Origin: an uncultured Gammaproteobacteria bacterium
Lineage (GTDB): Bacteria; Patescibacteriota; Microgenomatia; Daviesbacterales; UBA10151
Reading direction: 5' to 3'
NCBI GenBank assembly: GCA_964394855.1
Contig: CAYMZD010000001.1
Span: 40,340 to 104,339, forward strand
Length of the DNA stretch: 64,000 nt
Shown: one piece after another, positions 26,401 to 36,773 of the stretch
Layout of the letters: each line of letters opens with the position of its first letter
Position numbering within the stretch: position 1 is the stretch's first letter
Translations under genes and position numbers: made by a program
The notes under the pieces: model-generated
What the model was told of the DNA's origin: nothing
Seen by the model: only the letters and a program-made list of their open reading frames with translations
The model's database searches: none

Positions 26401-28920
26401 CTATAAAGCCACTGTTACTCCAATAGAGGCGGAAAACTTACCTCCATTTTGATCCTCCAAGGTGGCGGTGATAGTGTGGGAACCTTTATCACCCACTGGA
26501 AACTCCACATGCAAAGCAAAGGGTGAACTAGTTTGATTTGTTTTTTCACCCCCATCAATAAGCCAAGTTACTTTCTTCACTCCAGCCGGAGAATTAACGC
26601 TAGCCAAAACATCAAACACTCTCGGCACATTAGCTCCATTGGCCACATTGACAATTTCAATCACTCCACCTCCTCCTGTGGTAAATCCGGGAATACCACT
26701 ACAGCCCTTGGTTGCTCCCACCAAACGGGGATCAGGAGAAGTCAACACCCACTCATCTATGCCCCGCTGCCATTTATCAGCTCCCGTGGGATCATTTTCT
26801 TTCAATATCACCACATCTTTATCATCACCCTCCTCTCCATCTCCAGCCAGACGGTGAGGGTTTTGCCGGCAAACTTTAGCTCGCTGGTAGGCATTTGATT
26901 CACCCTTGGGTTCGGTTCCAGTAATAAAATATTCTTTTCTGGTGGGTGAACCGGCGTGGGGTGCACCAAAAATCAAGCCGTCTGTATCAACCTGAATAAC
27001 ATTACCAGATCTTTCAAATGGCTCATTGGGCAAATCCTTTAACGCAGTTTTCATTATTTTATTCCAAATCGGAGAGGCACCTGTGACACCTGATGCTACC
27101 TTTGGATCCATGGGGGAGTTATCATTATTTCCCACCCATACTCCCACCACTCTGGAGGGAGTAAAACCGATGGTCCAATTGTCCTTTTTTTGATCTGTAG
27201 TGCCGGTTTTTACCGCCACAACCTTACCAGCAATGTTAAGTATGGAATTGGAGCCAAACACGGCAGTTCTAGCTCCGTTATCTGATAAAATATCAGAAAT
27301 AATAAAAGCTATACCTTCATCTAAAACTTTCCTACCATCAGTTGGTTTATATTCAAAAAGAGTTTTACCTTTACTGTCAGTTACTTTTAATATGGCCACT
27401 GGATCAACTTGTTTACCCTTATTGGCAAAGACAGCAAAGCTAGAGACTAAATCCAACAGTCTGACTTCTCTTCCCCCCAAAGTTAAAGATAACCCTACAG
27501 AATTGACATTTTCCGTACTAGGCTCCCAAGTAGTCAAACCCATTCTATAACCTAAATCCAAAACATCTTTGACTCCTACCAAAGCTAACATTTTCACAGC
27601 TGCAATATTAATGGAATTACCCAAAGCATATCTTACTTGCATTGGTCCGCGATATTGACCATCATAATTAACAGGAATATAGGTTGGTTTATTACCGCCA
27701 GGAAACTCTGTTTTGACATCCATTAAGGTATAGCTGGCGGTGTAACCTTTTTCTAAACCTTTGGCATAATTTATTGGTTTGGTGGCAGAGCCTGGTTGAC
27801 GAATGGACAGGGTAACATTGACATTACCATCGTAGTCCTTGGCAAAATAATCTTTAGAACCAACCATGGATAAAATTTCCCCGGTTTTAGAGTCTAAAAC
27901 CAAAGCCGCACCATTACCTACCTTAGCACTCGCCAGTTTGGTCACTTCTTCTTTGACTTGTTTTTGGGCTTCTTCTTGCAGTTTATAATCTAAAGTGGTG
28001 GTTACTCGCAATCCTCCTTGTTCCACCAATTTATCCCCAAATTGTTCTATCAATTTTTCTTTGACATAAAGGACAAAATGAGGCGCTTTAAAACCAACTT
28101 CATTTTGCGATGTTCTGTAGGTTAACTCTTCCTTTTCAGCGTCATCTTGCTGTTTTTTGCTGATGTAACTATCTTCTACCATCCGGCGCAATACCTCTTT
28201 TTGGCGAACTCGAGCTAGCTCCGGTCTTGAACCATATGGGGAATAGACAGAAGGTCTCTGGGGAAGCCCAGCCAAAAGAGCTGCTTCGGCCAAGGAAAGT
28301 TCACTGGTATGTTTACCAAAATACAAATTAGCTGCTGCTTCAATTCCATAGGCTGTTCCACCATAAGGAATTTCATTTAAGTACATTTCCAAAATTTGAT
28401 CTTTAGAATAAGCTCTCTCCACTTGGATGGCCAAAATAAATTCTTTTATTTTTCGCGGCAGGGTTCGCTCACCAGAAAGGAGGGCATTTTTAACTAGTTG
28501 TTGAGTCAGAGTAGAACCGCCTTGAATACGCTGATGTATTACCAGTTCAAAGAGTGAACGAATAATACCAGGGATGGAAAACCCACCATGTCTGTAAAAT
28601 TCTTTATCTTCTATGGCTACAGTGGCTTGTTTGACATAGTCAGGCACATCTGAAAGCTTAATGGGGGTACGGTTTTGATTTTGATAAATATCATACAAAA
28701 GCTCACCACTGCGGTCATAAATTTTGGTGGATTGGGCTACCTCTCTACTAGTAAGCTCCTCCGGAGAGGGCACTTGGGTGGCAAAAAAAACCACTGACCC
28801 AAAAAGCAGCAACAAAAATCCCACCACTAAGAAAAGCATACCAGTGGAAAGATTGGTTAAAAATTTAAAGCGCCATAGCGACGAATATTCCTTTCGCGCC
28901 CGCCATGAACCAAGGGACAT
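26401..28920 (-). CDS. Class A penicillin-binding protein (PBP1A-type transglycosylase-transpeptidase) with C-terminal beta-rich extension
   Basis: N-terminal TM. Glycosyltransferase GGSTLTQQLVKN motif. Transpeptidase SATKP (SxxK) and KTGTT motifs. Confidence 0.85.
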   Translation of the reverse strand: MSLGSWRARKEYSSLWRFKFLTNLSTGMLFLVVGFLLLLFGSVVFFATQVPSPEELTSREVAQSTKIYDRSGELLYDIYQNQNRTPIKLSDVPDYVKQATVAIEDKEFYRHGGFSIPGIIRSLFELVIHQRIQGGSTLTQQLVKNALLSGERTLPRKIKEFILAIQVERAYSKDQILEMYLNEIPYGGTAYGIEAAANLYFGKHTSELSLAEAALLAGLPQRPSVYSPYGSRPELARVRQKEVLRRMVEDSYISKKQQDDAEKEELTYRTSQNEVGFKAPHFVLYVKEKLIEQFGDKLVEQGGLRVTTTLDYKLQEEAQKQVKEEVTKLASAKVGNGAALVLDSKTGEILSMVGSKDYFAKDYDGNVNVTLSIRQPGSATKPINYAKGLEKGYTASYTLMDVKTEFPGGNKPTYIPVNYDGQYRGPMQVRYALGNSINIAAVKMLALVGVKDVLDLGYRMGLTTWEPSTENVNSVGLSLTLGGREVRLLDLVSSFAVFANKGKQVDPVAILKVTDSKGKTLFEYKPTDGRKVLDEGIAFIISDILSDNGARTAVFGSNSILNIAGKVVAVKTGTTDQKKDNWTIGFTPSRVVGVWVGNNDNSPMDPKVASGVTGASPIWNKIMKTALKDLPNEPFERSGNVIQVDTDGLIFGAPHAGSPTRKEYFITGTEPKGESNAYQRAKVCRQNPHRLAGDGEEGDDKDVVILKENDPTGADKWQRGIDEWVLTSPDPRLVGATKGCSGIPGFTTGGGGVIEIVNVANGANVPRVFDVLASVNSPAGVKKVTWLIDGGEKTNQTSSPFALHVEFPVGDKGSHTITATLEDQNGGKFSASIGVTVAL

Positions 28921-28962
28921 ATAATGAAATTATACCAGAAATTAGGTATAATAAGTTTTATC

Positions 28963-29045
28963 CCGGAGGTGGCAGAGCGGCCAATTGCACCAGACTGTAA
29001 ATCTGGCGGGTTTTCCCTGCGGAGGTTCGAATCCTCCCCTCCGGA
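28963..29045 (+). tRNA. tRNA-Tyr (anticodon GTA) with long variable arm
   Basis: Acceptor CCGGAGG/CCTCCGG, anticodon stem CCAGA/TCTGG with loop CTGTAAA, variable arm CGGGTTTTCCCTGC, T arm GGAGG-TTCGAAT-CCTCC. Confidence 0.8.
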
Positions 29046-29165
29046 CCCTACATCTATAAGCAAATAAAAAATCGCTTGTCAAGACTACAAGATATTGAGC
29101 TTTACTTATATCCGCGAGCCTGCAGATTAAACATGGTGGCATATTGACCATAGCCATTGCTTTAA

Positions 29166-30359
29166 TTGTACTGCAAATATTATAATCAAACCATGACTAG
29201 TGAGGAAAAATTTAAGCTAATCACCAGAAATCTGGAAGAGGTGCTGACAGAGGAGGAACTACGGGCACTTTTAGAAAGTGGCCAACCACCCAAACACTAC
29301 ATTGGTTTTGAAATTTCCGGCAAACTGCACATTGGCTATCTTTTCACCTGCTTGAAAGTTAAAGATTTGCAGGACGCGGGCGCAGAAACTATTATTTGGT
29401 TGGCAGATTTACATTCGGCCATCAATGACAAACTTGACGGCAACATTGAAACCATCAGAAAAGTGGCCAGGGGATATTTTACTGACGCTTTTAAGGCGCT
29501 TTTTCAGTGTGTTGGAGGAGATCCGGAAAAACTGCAGTTTAAACTGACTTCGGAAGAGTATGCCAAAAATCCCGACTTTTGGCTGACCATGCTAGAAATT
29601 GGTAAAACTACCACTCTGGCCCGCACCAAACGCTCCGTGACCATTATGGGCAGGGAAGAATCAGATGATATTGATACCGCTAAACTTTTTTATCCCATCA
29701 TGCAGGCAGCTGATATTTTTCTTTTGGGAGTCAATATTGCTCATGCCGGAGTGGACCAGAGAAAAGTGCATGTGATTGCCCGCGACAGCGCTTCTGCATT
29801 GGGAAAACCAAAACCCGTAGCCATTCATCATCCCATTCTTTTGGGGTTAACACCCTCCATTCTAAAAATATCAGTCCATGAAGAAATTAAGGTTCAAGGC
29901 AAAACTTCTGTTTCTTTAGATCAGGGAGAAATTATTCCGAACGAAGAAGAAGATATTAGAGATAAAATTGCAATGAAATCTAAAATGAGCAAGTCAAAAC
30001 CGGGCAGCGGCATTTCTATTCACGACAGTCCCGATCAAATCAGACAAACCATCAACGGGGCCTATACCCCGGAGGGCCAAATAGAAAATAACCCCATTCT
30101 AAACTGGACCAGATATTTAATTTTCTATGGTGAAGGATCACTAACCATCTCCAGAAAACCGGAACATGGGGGAGATATTACCTACAATTCTTATGATGAT
30201 TTGGAAAAAGATTATGTAGAAAAAAACTTGCATCCACAGGATTTAAAAATGGCAGTGTCAGAATGGTTAATCAAAAAACTTGAACCAGCAAGGGACTACT
30301 TTGAAGATCCCAAAAGAAAATCTGCTTTGGAAGAAATTGAAAGATTAACTTCTGCGTAA
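29166..30359 (+). CDS. tyrS: Tyrosyl-tRNA synthetase, archaeal/eukaryal-type class I, with an insertion before KMSKS
   Basis: IGFEISGKLHIGYLF (HIGH region) and ADLHSAIND parallel archaeal TyrRS. KMSKSKPGS motif. Adjacent to tRNA-Tyr. Confidence 0.65.
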   Translation: MYCKYYNQTMTSEEKFKLITRNLEEVLTEEELRALLESGQPPKHYIGFEISGKLHIGYLFTCLKVKDLQDAGAETIIWLADLHSAINDKLDGNIETIRKVARGYFTDAFKALFQCVGGDPEKLQFKLTSEEYAKNPDFWLTMLEIGKTTTLARTKRSVTIMGREESDDIDTAKLFYPIMQAADIFLLGVNIAHAGVDQRKVHVIARDSASALGKPKPVAIHHPILLGLTPSILKISVHEEIKVQGKTSVSLDQGEIIPNEEEDIRDKIAMKSKMSKSKPGSGISIHDSPDQIRQTINGAYTPEGQIENNPILNWTRYLIFYGEGSLTISRKPEHGGDITYNSYDDLEKDYVEKNLHPQDLKMAVSEWLIKKLEPARDYFEDPKRKSALEEIERLTSA

Positions 30360-30701
30360 TAAACTTGGACTTTTAGGATGAAGTTTACGCCCTATAACGA
30401 TATCTTCTCTAAAAACATTAAAATATTGAACGAGTAAACATGACAAACCCAAACCAAATGTTCCAGCAGCTCCAACTCCTACACTTCTCAACCCCAAAGT
30501 TTCCACAGCTACTTGTGTATCAAAAAGTCTAAAGACTAGAACACCACCCAAAACACCTATTGCCGTAAGACCAAGTGTTAATAACAAACTTTTCCAAGGT
30601 AATCTTCTTGACCCTCTTTCAGAAAATTCAGGAGGAGTAGTTTGCAAAAATCCCTCTAGGGCATAAGGTCCACCATCTAATTCCATACCCCATATATACA
30701 C
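30345..30701 (-). CDS. Small membrane protein (hypothetical)
   Basis: Predicted TM helices only. Confidence 0.3.
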   Translation of the reverse strand: MYIWGMELDGGPYALEGFLQTTPPEFSERGSRRLPWKSLLLTLGLTAIGVLGGVLVFRLFDTQVAVETLGLRSVGVGAAGTFGLGLSCLLVQYFNVFREDIVIGRKLHPKSPSLLRRS

Positions 30702-30791
30702 CTTTTCCCATTAGATTTGCAAACTGATAAAATCAGTCTACAAATAGGCAAAAAAGAAGTCTAAAGTTTTTTAACCGTTTTCAAATGGGTA

Positions 30792-31097
30792 TCAGCGGAT
30801 CAATAGCCTGATCCACTTATTTTTATCTTCCACCCCCCAAATTCTATCTGTAATAAGATAGGTGGCTGAAGCCAAAATGGTAATACCAACACATGCCCCT
30901 AGTACAATCATGGCTGAAGCATTTTCTTGATCTTTAGACAGTAAATAACCTATCCACCCACCCACACCTGCTCCTACCATCCAAGCCAGGGAGTGCATGG
31001 GTCTTCGCAAAAAATGCCATCTTTGATGACCTTGCTCGGGTTGAGGTGGAACTTCTAAAGGTTGAATCAATTCACCATCTAATTCTGGTCTTGGCAT
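30792..31097 (-). CDS. Small membrane protein (hypothetical)
   Basis: Predicted TM helices only. Confidence 0.3.
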   Translation of the reverse strand: MPRPELDGELIQPLEVPPQPEQGHQRWHFLRRPMHSLAWMVGAGVGGWIGYLLSKDQENASAMIVLGACVGITILASATYLITDRIWGVEDKNKWIRLLIR

Positions 31098-31098
31098 A

Positions 31099-31560
31099 TT
31101 AATAAAATCTTCCTCTTGATGATATTACCGGTGAACTGATAGCAACTTCACCTATTTTTGAAATCAATTGTCCTGCTGTATTTACTGCCGGCTCGGCCAA
31201 TGCTCCTGCGCTAACCCCTGCAGCCAAAAGTCCAGCAGCCAAAGCAAATGCAATTCTGGCCGAACCTCTTTGTTCTTTTGCAATGTCCAAAAATCTTCTA
31301 TCAATTTCACGTAACCTGGAAGGGGTTGACCTATATGCATCAGGCCGAAAAAACCCAAACAAACCAATAAATCCCGCGGGAATTAACCAAGAAGCTACAC
31401 TGATAATGGGGTTTTGTAACGATTCCGAAATAAAATTTCTAACATGTTCCGGCCAATTAGAAGTAATCACCAGATATTCGCCGGCTGCACGAAGAGCCAA
31501 GCCCAACGCTACACCCCCTCCAGTCCATATTAATTTTTCTCTCATGCCTGGATAATACAT
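31099..31560 (-). CDS. Membrane protein (hypothetical)
   Basis: Predicted TM helices. Adjacent to the previous ORF, so likely co-transcribed. Confidence 0.3.
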   Translation of the reverse strand: MYYPGMREKLIWTGGGVALGLALRAAGEYLVITSNWPEHVRNFISESLQNPIISVASWLIPAGFIGLFGFFRPDAYRSTPSRLREIDRRFLDIAKEQRGSARIAFALAAGLLAAGVSAGALAEPAVNTAGQLISKIGEVAISSPVISSRGRFY

Positions 31561-31732
31561 CTTTATTTTTCAAATTTCAAGATGTATCATATTCTTATGA
31601 TGTATTCGCCGAAATTTAAAATTTTCTGGATTATTTTATCGCTTATTGCCGGATTGGCCATTTTGATCTTTTCCCTGCTACCGCTTCTAACCACACTTTA
31701 GCGTTAGACGCATTTCGTGCTAAAATACCTAC

Positions 31733-33754
31733 ATGAAACTTGACAGTCCCTTGACCAAACTGCCGGGGGTGGGTTTTACCATGGCCCAAAGAGTTAAAAG
31801 ATTAAATCTTTTGACAGTTGAGGATTTAATTAACCATTATCCCTTTAGGTATGATGATTTTTCTCAAGTTCAGCCAGCCGCCGAAGCTCAAATAGGGGAA
31901 AATGTCACTTTACAAGGAGAAGTCTGGTCCATCAAAAATGTTTACACCCGCTTTGGCAAAATCCTAACTCAAGCTATTTTTAATGATAGTTCATCCCCCA
32001 TAACCTTAACCTGGTTTAACTCCCCATGGTTAATAAATCAAATGAAGGTAGGGGATGGGTTACAAATTTCAGGCAAGCTGACTAAATACAAAAATAAGCT
32101 ATCAATCATGGCACCTGTCTGGGAAAAACTGTCTTCCCAACTACCCGCTTCACTACCAACTCTCCATACCGGCAGATTAGTCCCGGTTTATCCAGAAACT
32201 TACGGGGTAACCTCCAAATGGCTTCGGACCAAAATAGCTTATTTATTACCCCAAGTGCTGGATAAAATTTCGGACCCGCTGCCGAATGATATCAGAAACG
32301 GTATGCTGCCACTTAACAATGCTCTGGCGCAAATCCATTTCCCGGCCAATTGGGAAGAAGCTGAAACAGCCAAAGAAAGGTTGGGTTTTGATGAGCTTTT
32401 TTATATCCAGCTGGCCACTTTAAAAACCAGGCAAGCTTGGCAAAAAAAACAGGTCACTGATCCATTAGAAATTGATCAAAAAAAGATTGACCAATTTATT
32501 AGAAAGCTTCCCTTTAAACTCACCAACGCCCAGGAAAAAGTTTTGCAGGAAATCATTGCAGATTTACAAAAAAATATTCCCATGAACAGACTTTTACAAG
32601 GAGAGGTTGGCTCGGGTAAAACTGTGGTAGCAGCTATTATCAGTTATTTAGTCTACTTAAATGGCCTGAAAACATTATTTATGGCTCCCACGGAAATTTT
32701 GGCCTTTCAACATCATGATACTCTAAAAAATCTTCTTGAACCCCATGGAATCACTGTGGGGATTTATACGGGAAGCAAAAAGAGTTCAGAATTAAGCATT
32801 AAGAAGGTTGTTGTTGGTACTCATGCACTTCTATCTAAAAAATTATCTATCGAGGATGTCGGATTAATAGTCGTGGATGAGCAACAAAGATTTGGGGTAG
32901 AGCAACGCACACTTTTGCGCTCCAAAGCCAAAGTCCCACATCTTTTAACCATGACTGCCACCCCAATCCCGCGAACAGTGGCCCTAACTTTATATGGGGA
33001 TTTGGATATGTCAGTGCTTGATGAGCTCCCCAAAGGCCGCCAAAAAGTTAAAACCTATTTAGTACCGGAGAAAAAAAGATTGGATTCTTATAAATTTATA
33101 GAGAGTCATGTTAGAGCAGGGGAACAAATTTATATTATCACTCCCTTGATTGAACCCTCTGAAACTCTGATAACAGTCAAAGCAGTAAAGCAGGAGTTTG
33201 AAAAATTAAAAAAGATTTTTCCCAATTTTGGGCTTGGTCTTTTGCACGGCCGGATGAAAGGGAAAGATAAAGAAAGCATTACGGCAGATTTCCGCCAGGG
33301 TAAGACCCAAATTTTGGTTTCCACCTCGGTGGTGGAAGTGGGCATGGATAACCCCAATGCCACCATCATAGTTATTGAAGGAGCCGAACGCTTTGGCCTG
33401 GCTCAACTTCACCAGCTGCGGGGTAGAGTTGGCAGGGGGGTAAAAGAATCCTTTTGCTTACTCTATACATCAGATCCGTCAGCAGACAGCCAGAGATTAA
33501 AGTATCTGGAAACTACTTTTGATGGATTGAAACTGGCGGAGCTAGATTTAAAAATTAGAGGTTCGGGTGAGCTTTTCGGCACCAAACAAGCAGGTAGATT
33601 TGAGCTTAAAATTGCCTCTTTATCTAACTTAAGTTTAATTGAAAAAGTAAGAATTGCTGCCCAAAAATTACTAGAGGATAGTCCCACTCTTGACAAATAC
33701 CCACTCATACAGGCAAAATTACAAAGTATTACATCAGAAGTAATGCCTGATTAA
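31733..33754 (+). CDS. recG: ATP-dependent DNA helicase RecG
   Basis: Wedge/OB N-terminal domain. Helicase motifs GEVGSGKT, DEQQRFGV and QLRGRVGRG. Confidence 0.85.
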   Translation: MKLDSPLTKLPGVGFTMAQRVKRLNLLTVEDLINHYPFRYDDFSQVQPAAEAQIGENVTLQGEVWSIKNVYTRFGKILTQAIFNDSSSPITLTWFNSPWLINQMKVGDGLQISGKLTKYKNKLSIMAPVWEKLSSQLPASLPTLHTGRLVPVYPETYGVTSKWLRTKIAYLLPQVLDKISDPLPNDIRNGMLPLNNALAQIHFPANWEEAETAKERLGFDELFYIQLATLKTRQAWQKKQVTDPLEIDQKKIDQFIRKLPFKLTNAQEKVLQEIIADLQKNIPMNRLLQGEVGSGKTVVAAIISYLVYLNGLKTLFMAPTEILAFQHHDTLKNLLEPHGITVGIYTGSKKSSELSIKKVVVGTHALLSKKLSIEDVGLIVVDEQQRFGVEQRTLLRSKAKVPHLLTMTATPIPRTVALTLYGDLDMSVLDELPKGRQKVKTYLVPEKKRLDSYKFIESHVRAGEQIYIITPLIEPSETLITVKAVKQEFEKLKKIFPNFGLGLLHGRMKGKDKESITADFRQGKTQILVSTSVVEVGMDNPNATIIVIEGAERFGLAQLHQLRGRVGRGVKESFCLLYTSDPSADSQRLKYLETTFDGLKLAELDLKIRGSGELFGTKQAGRFELKIASLSNLSLIEKVRIAAQKLLEDSPTLDKYPLIQAKLQSITSEVMPD

Positions 33755-33828
33755 TCGCCCTTGTCAAAAATTGCTCATTTGCAATTTTTGCAAGCGATCT
33801 CGCGCCAAAGGAAAGGAGGGCGCTCCGA

Positions 33829-34026
33829 TTGCCGCAAGAACCAAAAAGAAGACATTCTAAAGCCAGAAAGCGAACTAGACGCTCTGCCATCAAACTAGCT
33901 AGCGTTTCTCTTATTGCTTGCAAAAATTGCGGAAAGCCCACCCGTCCCCACATGATGTGTGTAGAATGTGGCTTTTATGCTGGTAAGCTTGTTGGCAAAC
34001 CAAAAGCTAAGGTGAGTACTGCTTAA
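33829..34026 (+). CDS. rpmF: 50S ribosomal protein L32 (zinc-ribbon type, TTG start)
   Basis: [15 protein letters not shown]-terminus and [20 protein letters not shown] zinc ribbon. Confidence 0.75.
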   Translation: MPQEPKRRHSKARKRTRRSAIKLASVSLIACKNCGKPTRPHMMCVECGFYAGKLVGKPKAKVSTA

Positions 34027-34364
34027 TGAAAACCTCTCGTGATCCTAGACACCAAAAACGTGTTCGTTTAATACAACAACTGTTTTCCTGGGATTTGAAT
34101 AAAACAACTCCAAAATCAACCCTAAAAGATATTGTTGACAAACTAGCTGAAATTGATGAAAGAATAAAGAAAGCGGCACCACAGTGGCCGATTGAAAAAA
34201 TTAATCGCATTGATTTAGCTATCTTGCGTTTGGCCGCTTTTGAGTTATTATTAAAAAAGACCCCACCAAAAGTGGTGATTGATGAAGCAGTCGAGCTAGC
34301 CAAAAAGTATGGCAGTGACTCTTCTTCTGCCTTTGTTAATGGGGTTTTGGGTAAACTAATTTAA
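34026..34364 (+). CDS. nusB: Transcription antitermination factor NusB-like
   Basis: [17 protein letters not shown]-terminal motif and a [12 protein letters not shown] helix. Right size. Confidence 0.6.
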   Translation: MKTSRDPRHQKRVRLIQQLFSWDLNKTTPKSTLKDIVDKLAEIDERIKKAAPQWPIEKINRIDLAILRLAAFELLLKKTPPKVVIDEAVELAKKYGSDSSSAFVNGVLGKLI

Positions 34365-34367
34365 TTT

Positions 34368-34610
34368 ATGTCAAACGAAAAAGTGCAAGAAGAAGTTATT
34401 ACTTTGATAGCCCAGTTTTTGGGATTATCTCCCCCAGATTTGGATAAACACTCTCTTTTGGAAGAAGATTTGGGCCTAGCCCCCATTGAGTTAAATGATC
34501 TATTGGCAGAACTGGCTGACCATTTTAAAATTTCTTTCAATTCAGAAGAGGTTTCAAATCTTAAAACCATTGACGATATCATTTTTTTAGTGGAAGATAA
34601 TTTAATTTAA
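34368..34610 (+). CDS. Acyl carrier protein homolog lacking the phosphopantetheine-attachment serine
   Basis: ACP-like 80-aa acidic four-helix pattern. The ACP DLGADSLD motif is replaced here by DLGLAPIE (Ser to Pro). Sits upstream of rnc as acpP does in Firmicutes. Confidence 0.55.
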   Translation: MSNEKVQEEVITLIAQFLGLSPPDLDKHSLLEEDLGLAPIELNDLLAELADHFKISFNSEEVSNLKTIDDIIFLVEDNLI

Positions 34611-34613
34611 GTT

Positions 34614-35303
34614 ATGTTAAATGACCAATTCGAGCCGCTCCTTAAAAGAATAGGTTTAAAATTCACCAATTTAAAGTTACTGCGCACTGCATTTACCCAT
34701 CGTTCGTATTTGAATGAAAACAAAAAAGTAGACGAGTCAAATGAGAGAATGGAATTTTTAGGGGACGCTGTTTTATCTTTTATAGTTTCCAGCTATCTTT
34801 TTCAGCTGCGGCCAAATGATCCAGAGGGAGATTTAACTAATCTTCGCTCCTATATTGTTCAGACCAAATCTTTGGCAGAGGTGTCAGAGAAATTAAATCT
34901 GGGACATTATTTGCTTTTATCAAAAGGTGAGGAGATTTCCGGGGGGAGAAAAAACACTCAACTCTTAGCTAATACCTTTGAAGCTTTATTGGGGGCAATA
35001 TATTTAGACCAGGGGCTTGGTACAGCTGCAAAGCTAATCCATAAATTCTTATTACCTATTTTTGAAAGAGAATTACAAAAAGGCCCCCCTAAGGATGCTA
35101 AGTCTCGTTTGCAGGAGTTAGTACAAACTCAAACTAAAAAATCTCCTCTCTATAAAATTTTAAAAACTTCTGGTCCAGATCATGCCAAAAAATTTTTGGT
35201 GGGAGTTTTTGTGAAGGGTCAAAAACTAGGCGAGGGAAGTGGTAGTAGTAAACAGGAGGCAGAAGAAATAGCTGCAAAAGAAGCTTTGAGAAAATTGACC
35301 TGA
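34614..35303 (+). CDS. rnc: Ribonuclease III
   Basis: ERMEFLGDAVL RNase III signature and a C-terminal dsRBD (GEGSGSSKQEAEEIAAKEAL). Confidence 0.9.
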   Translation: MLNDQFEPLLKRIGLKFTNLKLLRTAFTHRSYLNENKKVDESNERMEFLGDAVLSFIVSSYLFQLRPNDPEGDLTNLRSYIVQTKSLAEVSEKLNLGHYLLLSKGEEISGGRKNTQLLANTFEALLGAIYLDQGLGTAAKLIHKFLLPIFERELQKGPPKDAKSRLQELVQTQTKKSPLYKILKTSGPDHAKKFLVGVFVKGQKLGEGSGSSKQEAEEIAAKEALRKLT

Positions 35304-36677
35304 TTAAACTCGTACGCTCGTGGGTTGGCTAAGTTCCACCTCAATTCTTCTTTTAATGAATTTAGGAAGTTTAAGAAATTCAGATTCAAGGGCATCTTTT
35401 GGTCTAACATGCGGTTTGACAAAAGTATAACCTTCTGGCAAGTTCTCCAGCACTCTAATACCTGTTCGAGTTTCAAATTCTCTAATTCTTCGGATTTGGT
35501 TCGGGGTAATATTACCTATCCTTTTAAATCCTGAAACTTTATGTGGCCTAGGGGGCATTCTATCTATTATTACGTCCCCATCTCCTTCTTTCTTTCTGGT
35601 TGGTATTCTTTTCACTCGAGGAATGTACACCCATTGATATTTTTTAGGTTTTTTGTCTTCGTCTCCAGCGTCACCCCTACCACCATCCCTTATTCTGAAA
35701 GGGGTTAAAATGTTAATAGATATTACCATGTCTCTATAAACTTCTGCCAAAATCTTACCCAATTTATCCTCAGCTTTTTCGGACGCTTCGGATGGTAAAA
35801 GTAGAAACTGCCTTGAATCAATTGATCCCTCGTCTAAATCTAATCCCAAAAGATATTCGCCTTGTCTGGTCATAGCTTTACCCCACAGCATTTTTCCTCT
35901 TTCCATAATGGTAAATTTTTCTAAATCCCCGCCATGCTTAATAAAAATCTCTGCTCCTTCTGGTGGAACTATGAAGTGCTTTCGAAAAAAAGCCTCTTCC
36001 AAAGATTCTTCAATCTCTCTTGCAGGCTCTGGAATTGTTAAATCAGCGAGATCATCGACTGCGAGAAAATATTCTGGGATAACGATTGTTGTTTCCGAAT
36101 AAAAGTCATGAAGCCTGTAGGGGATGCTGAACTGCATAGCTATATTTTGTCTTGCCCATTCCTCAATCGTCCCTTGCTGAAGATAGCGTGGTTTCCAAAT
36201 AGGGGTCTCTTTTGCACAAACTAAAATTCTTTCAGGACCACAAATTAAAGAGTACATAAATAAATAAGGGGACTGATAGATGTTTCTGAACACAAAATTA
36301 CCGGCATTAATAACTTCTCTAATGCTCCTTGATAAAGAATCTAAAAAGGCATAATCGTTTCGATTTCTTATACTTTTTATTATTTGGCCAACTTCTTGAA
36401 CATAATAATCGACAAAAGTATTCTCATACAAAGCTCCACGTCTTTGCAGCGTCTGACACAATGTATGCATGTTGGCAAGGAAGGAGTTTTCTCTTGTCAT
36501 TACCATCCTGGGCCAGTCTGGTATTGTAGGAAAGGAAGGTCCTAAAACTTGACTAGCTAAAGTACTGGCGGCTATCTCTAGAGTTTGTCTCTCGCCTTTG
36601 GGTTTACCCCCACTGCCAATTTTTTGATATCCACCAAACGCTTCTATTGGTGCCCAATTGGAACTTTCTTTATCCAT
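35304..36677 (-). CDS. Hypothetical protein (457 aa) with no recognisable motif and a basic C-terminal region
   Basis: Long ORF with consistent codon usage. Antisense-strand ORFs in the same region are short. Confidence 0.5.
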   Translation of the reverse strand: MDKESSNWAPIEAFGGYQKIGSGGKPKGERQTLEIAASTLASQVLGPSFPTIPDWPRMVMTRENSFLANMHTLCQTLQRRGALYENTFVDYYVQEVGQIIKSIRNRNDYAFLDSLSRSIREVINAGNFVFRNIYQSPYLFMYSLICGPERILVCAKETPIWKPRYLQQGTIEEWARQNIAMQFSIPYRLHDFYSETTIVIPEYFLAVDDLADLTIPEPAREIEESLEEAFFRKHFIVPPEGAEIFIKHGGDLEKFTIMERGKMLWGKAMTRQGEYLLGLDLDEGSIDSRQFLLLPSEASEKAEDKLGKILAEVYRDMVISINILTPFRIRDGGRGDAGDEDKKPKKYQWVYIPRVKRIPTRKKEGDGDVIIDRMPPRPHKVSGFKRIGNITPNQIRRIREFETRTGIRVLENLPEGYTFVKPHVRPKDALESEFLKLPKFIKRRIEVELSQPTSVRV

Positions 36678-36773
36678 AATGAGAGATATTATATAATAAC
36701 CTATATTTAGAAATCCAGGGTGGATAAGTTTGATGGTTGACGTCGCACAAACTCTCCTTTATACTTAATCTCC

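Noticed and set aside
29046-29165. Possible T-box riboswitch upstream of tyrS (contains ...ACATGGTGGCA...)
   Set aside because: The leader is only about 120 nt, too short for a T-box. The match to the T-box conserved box (AATTAGGGTGGNACCGCG) is poor, and no specifier or antiterminator architecture could be drawn.
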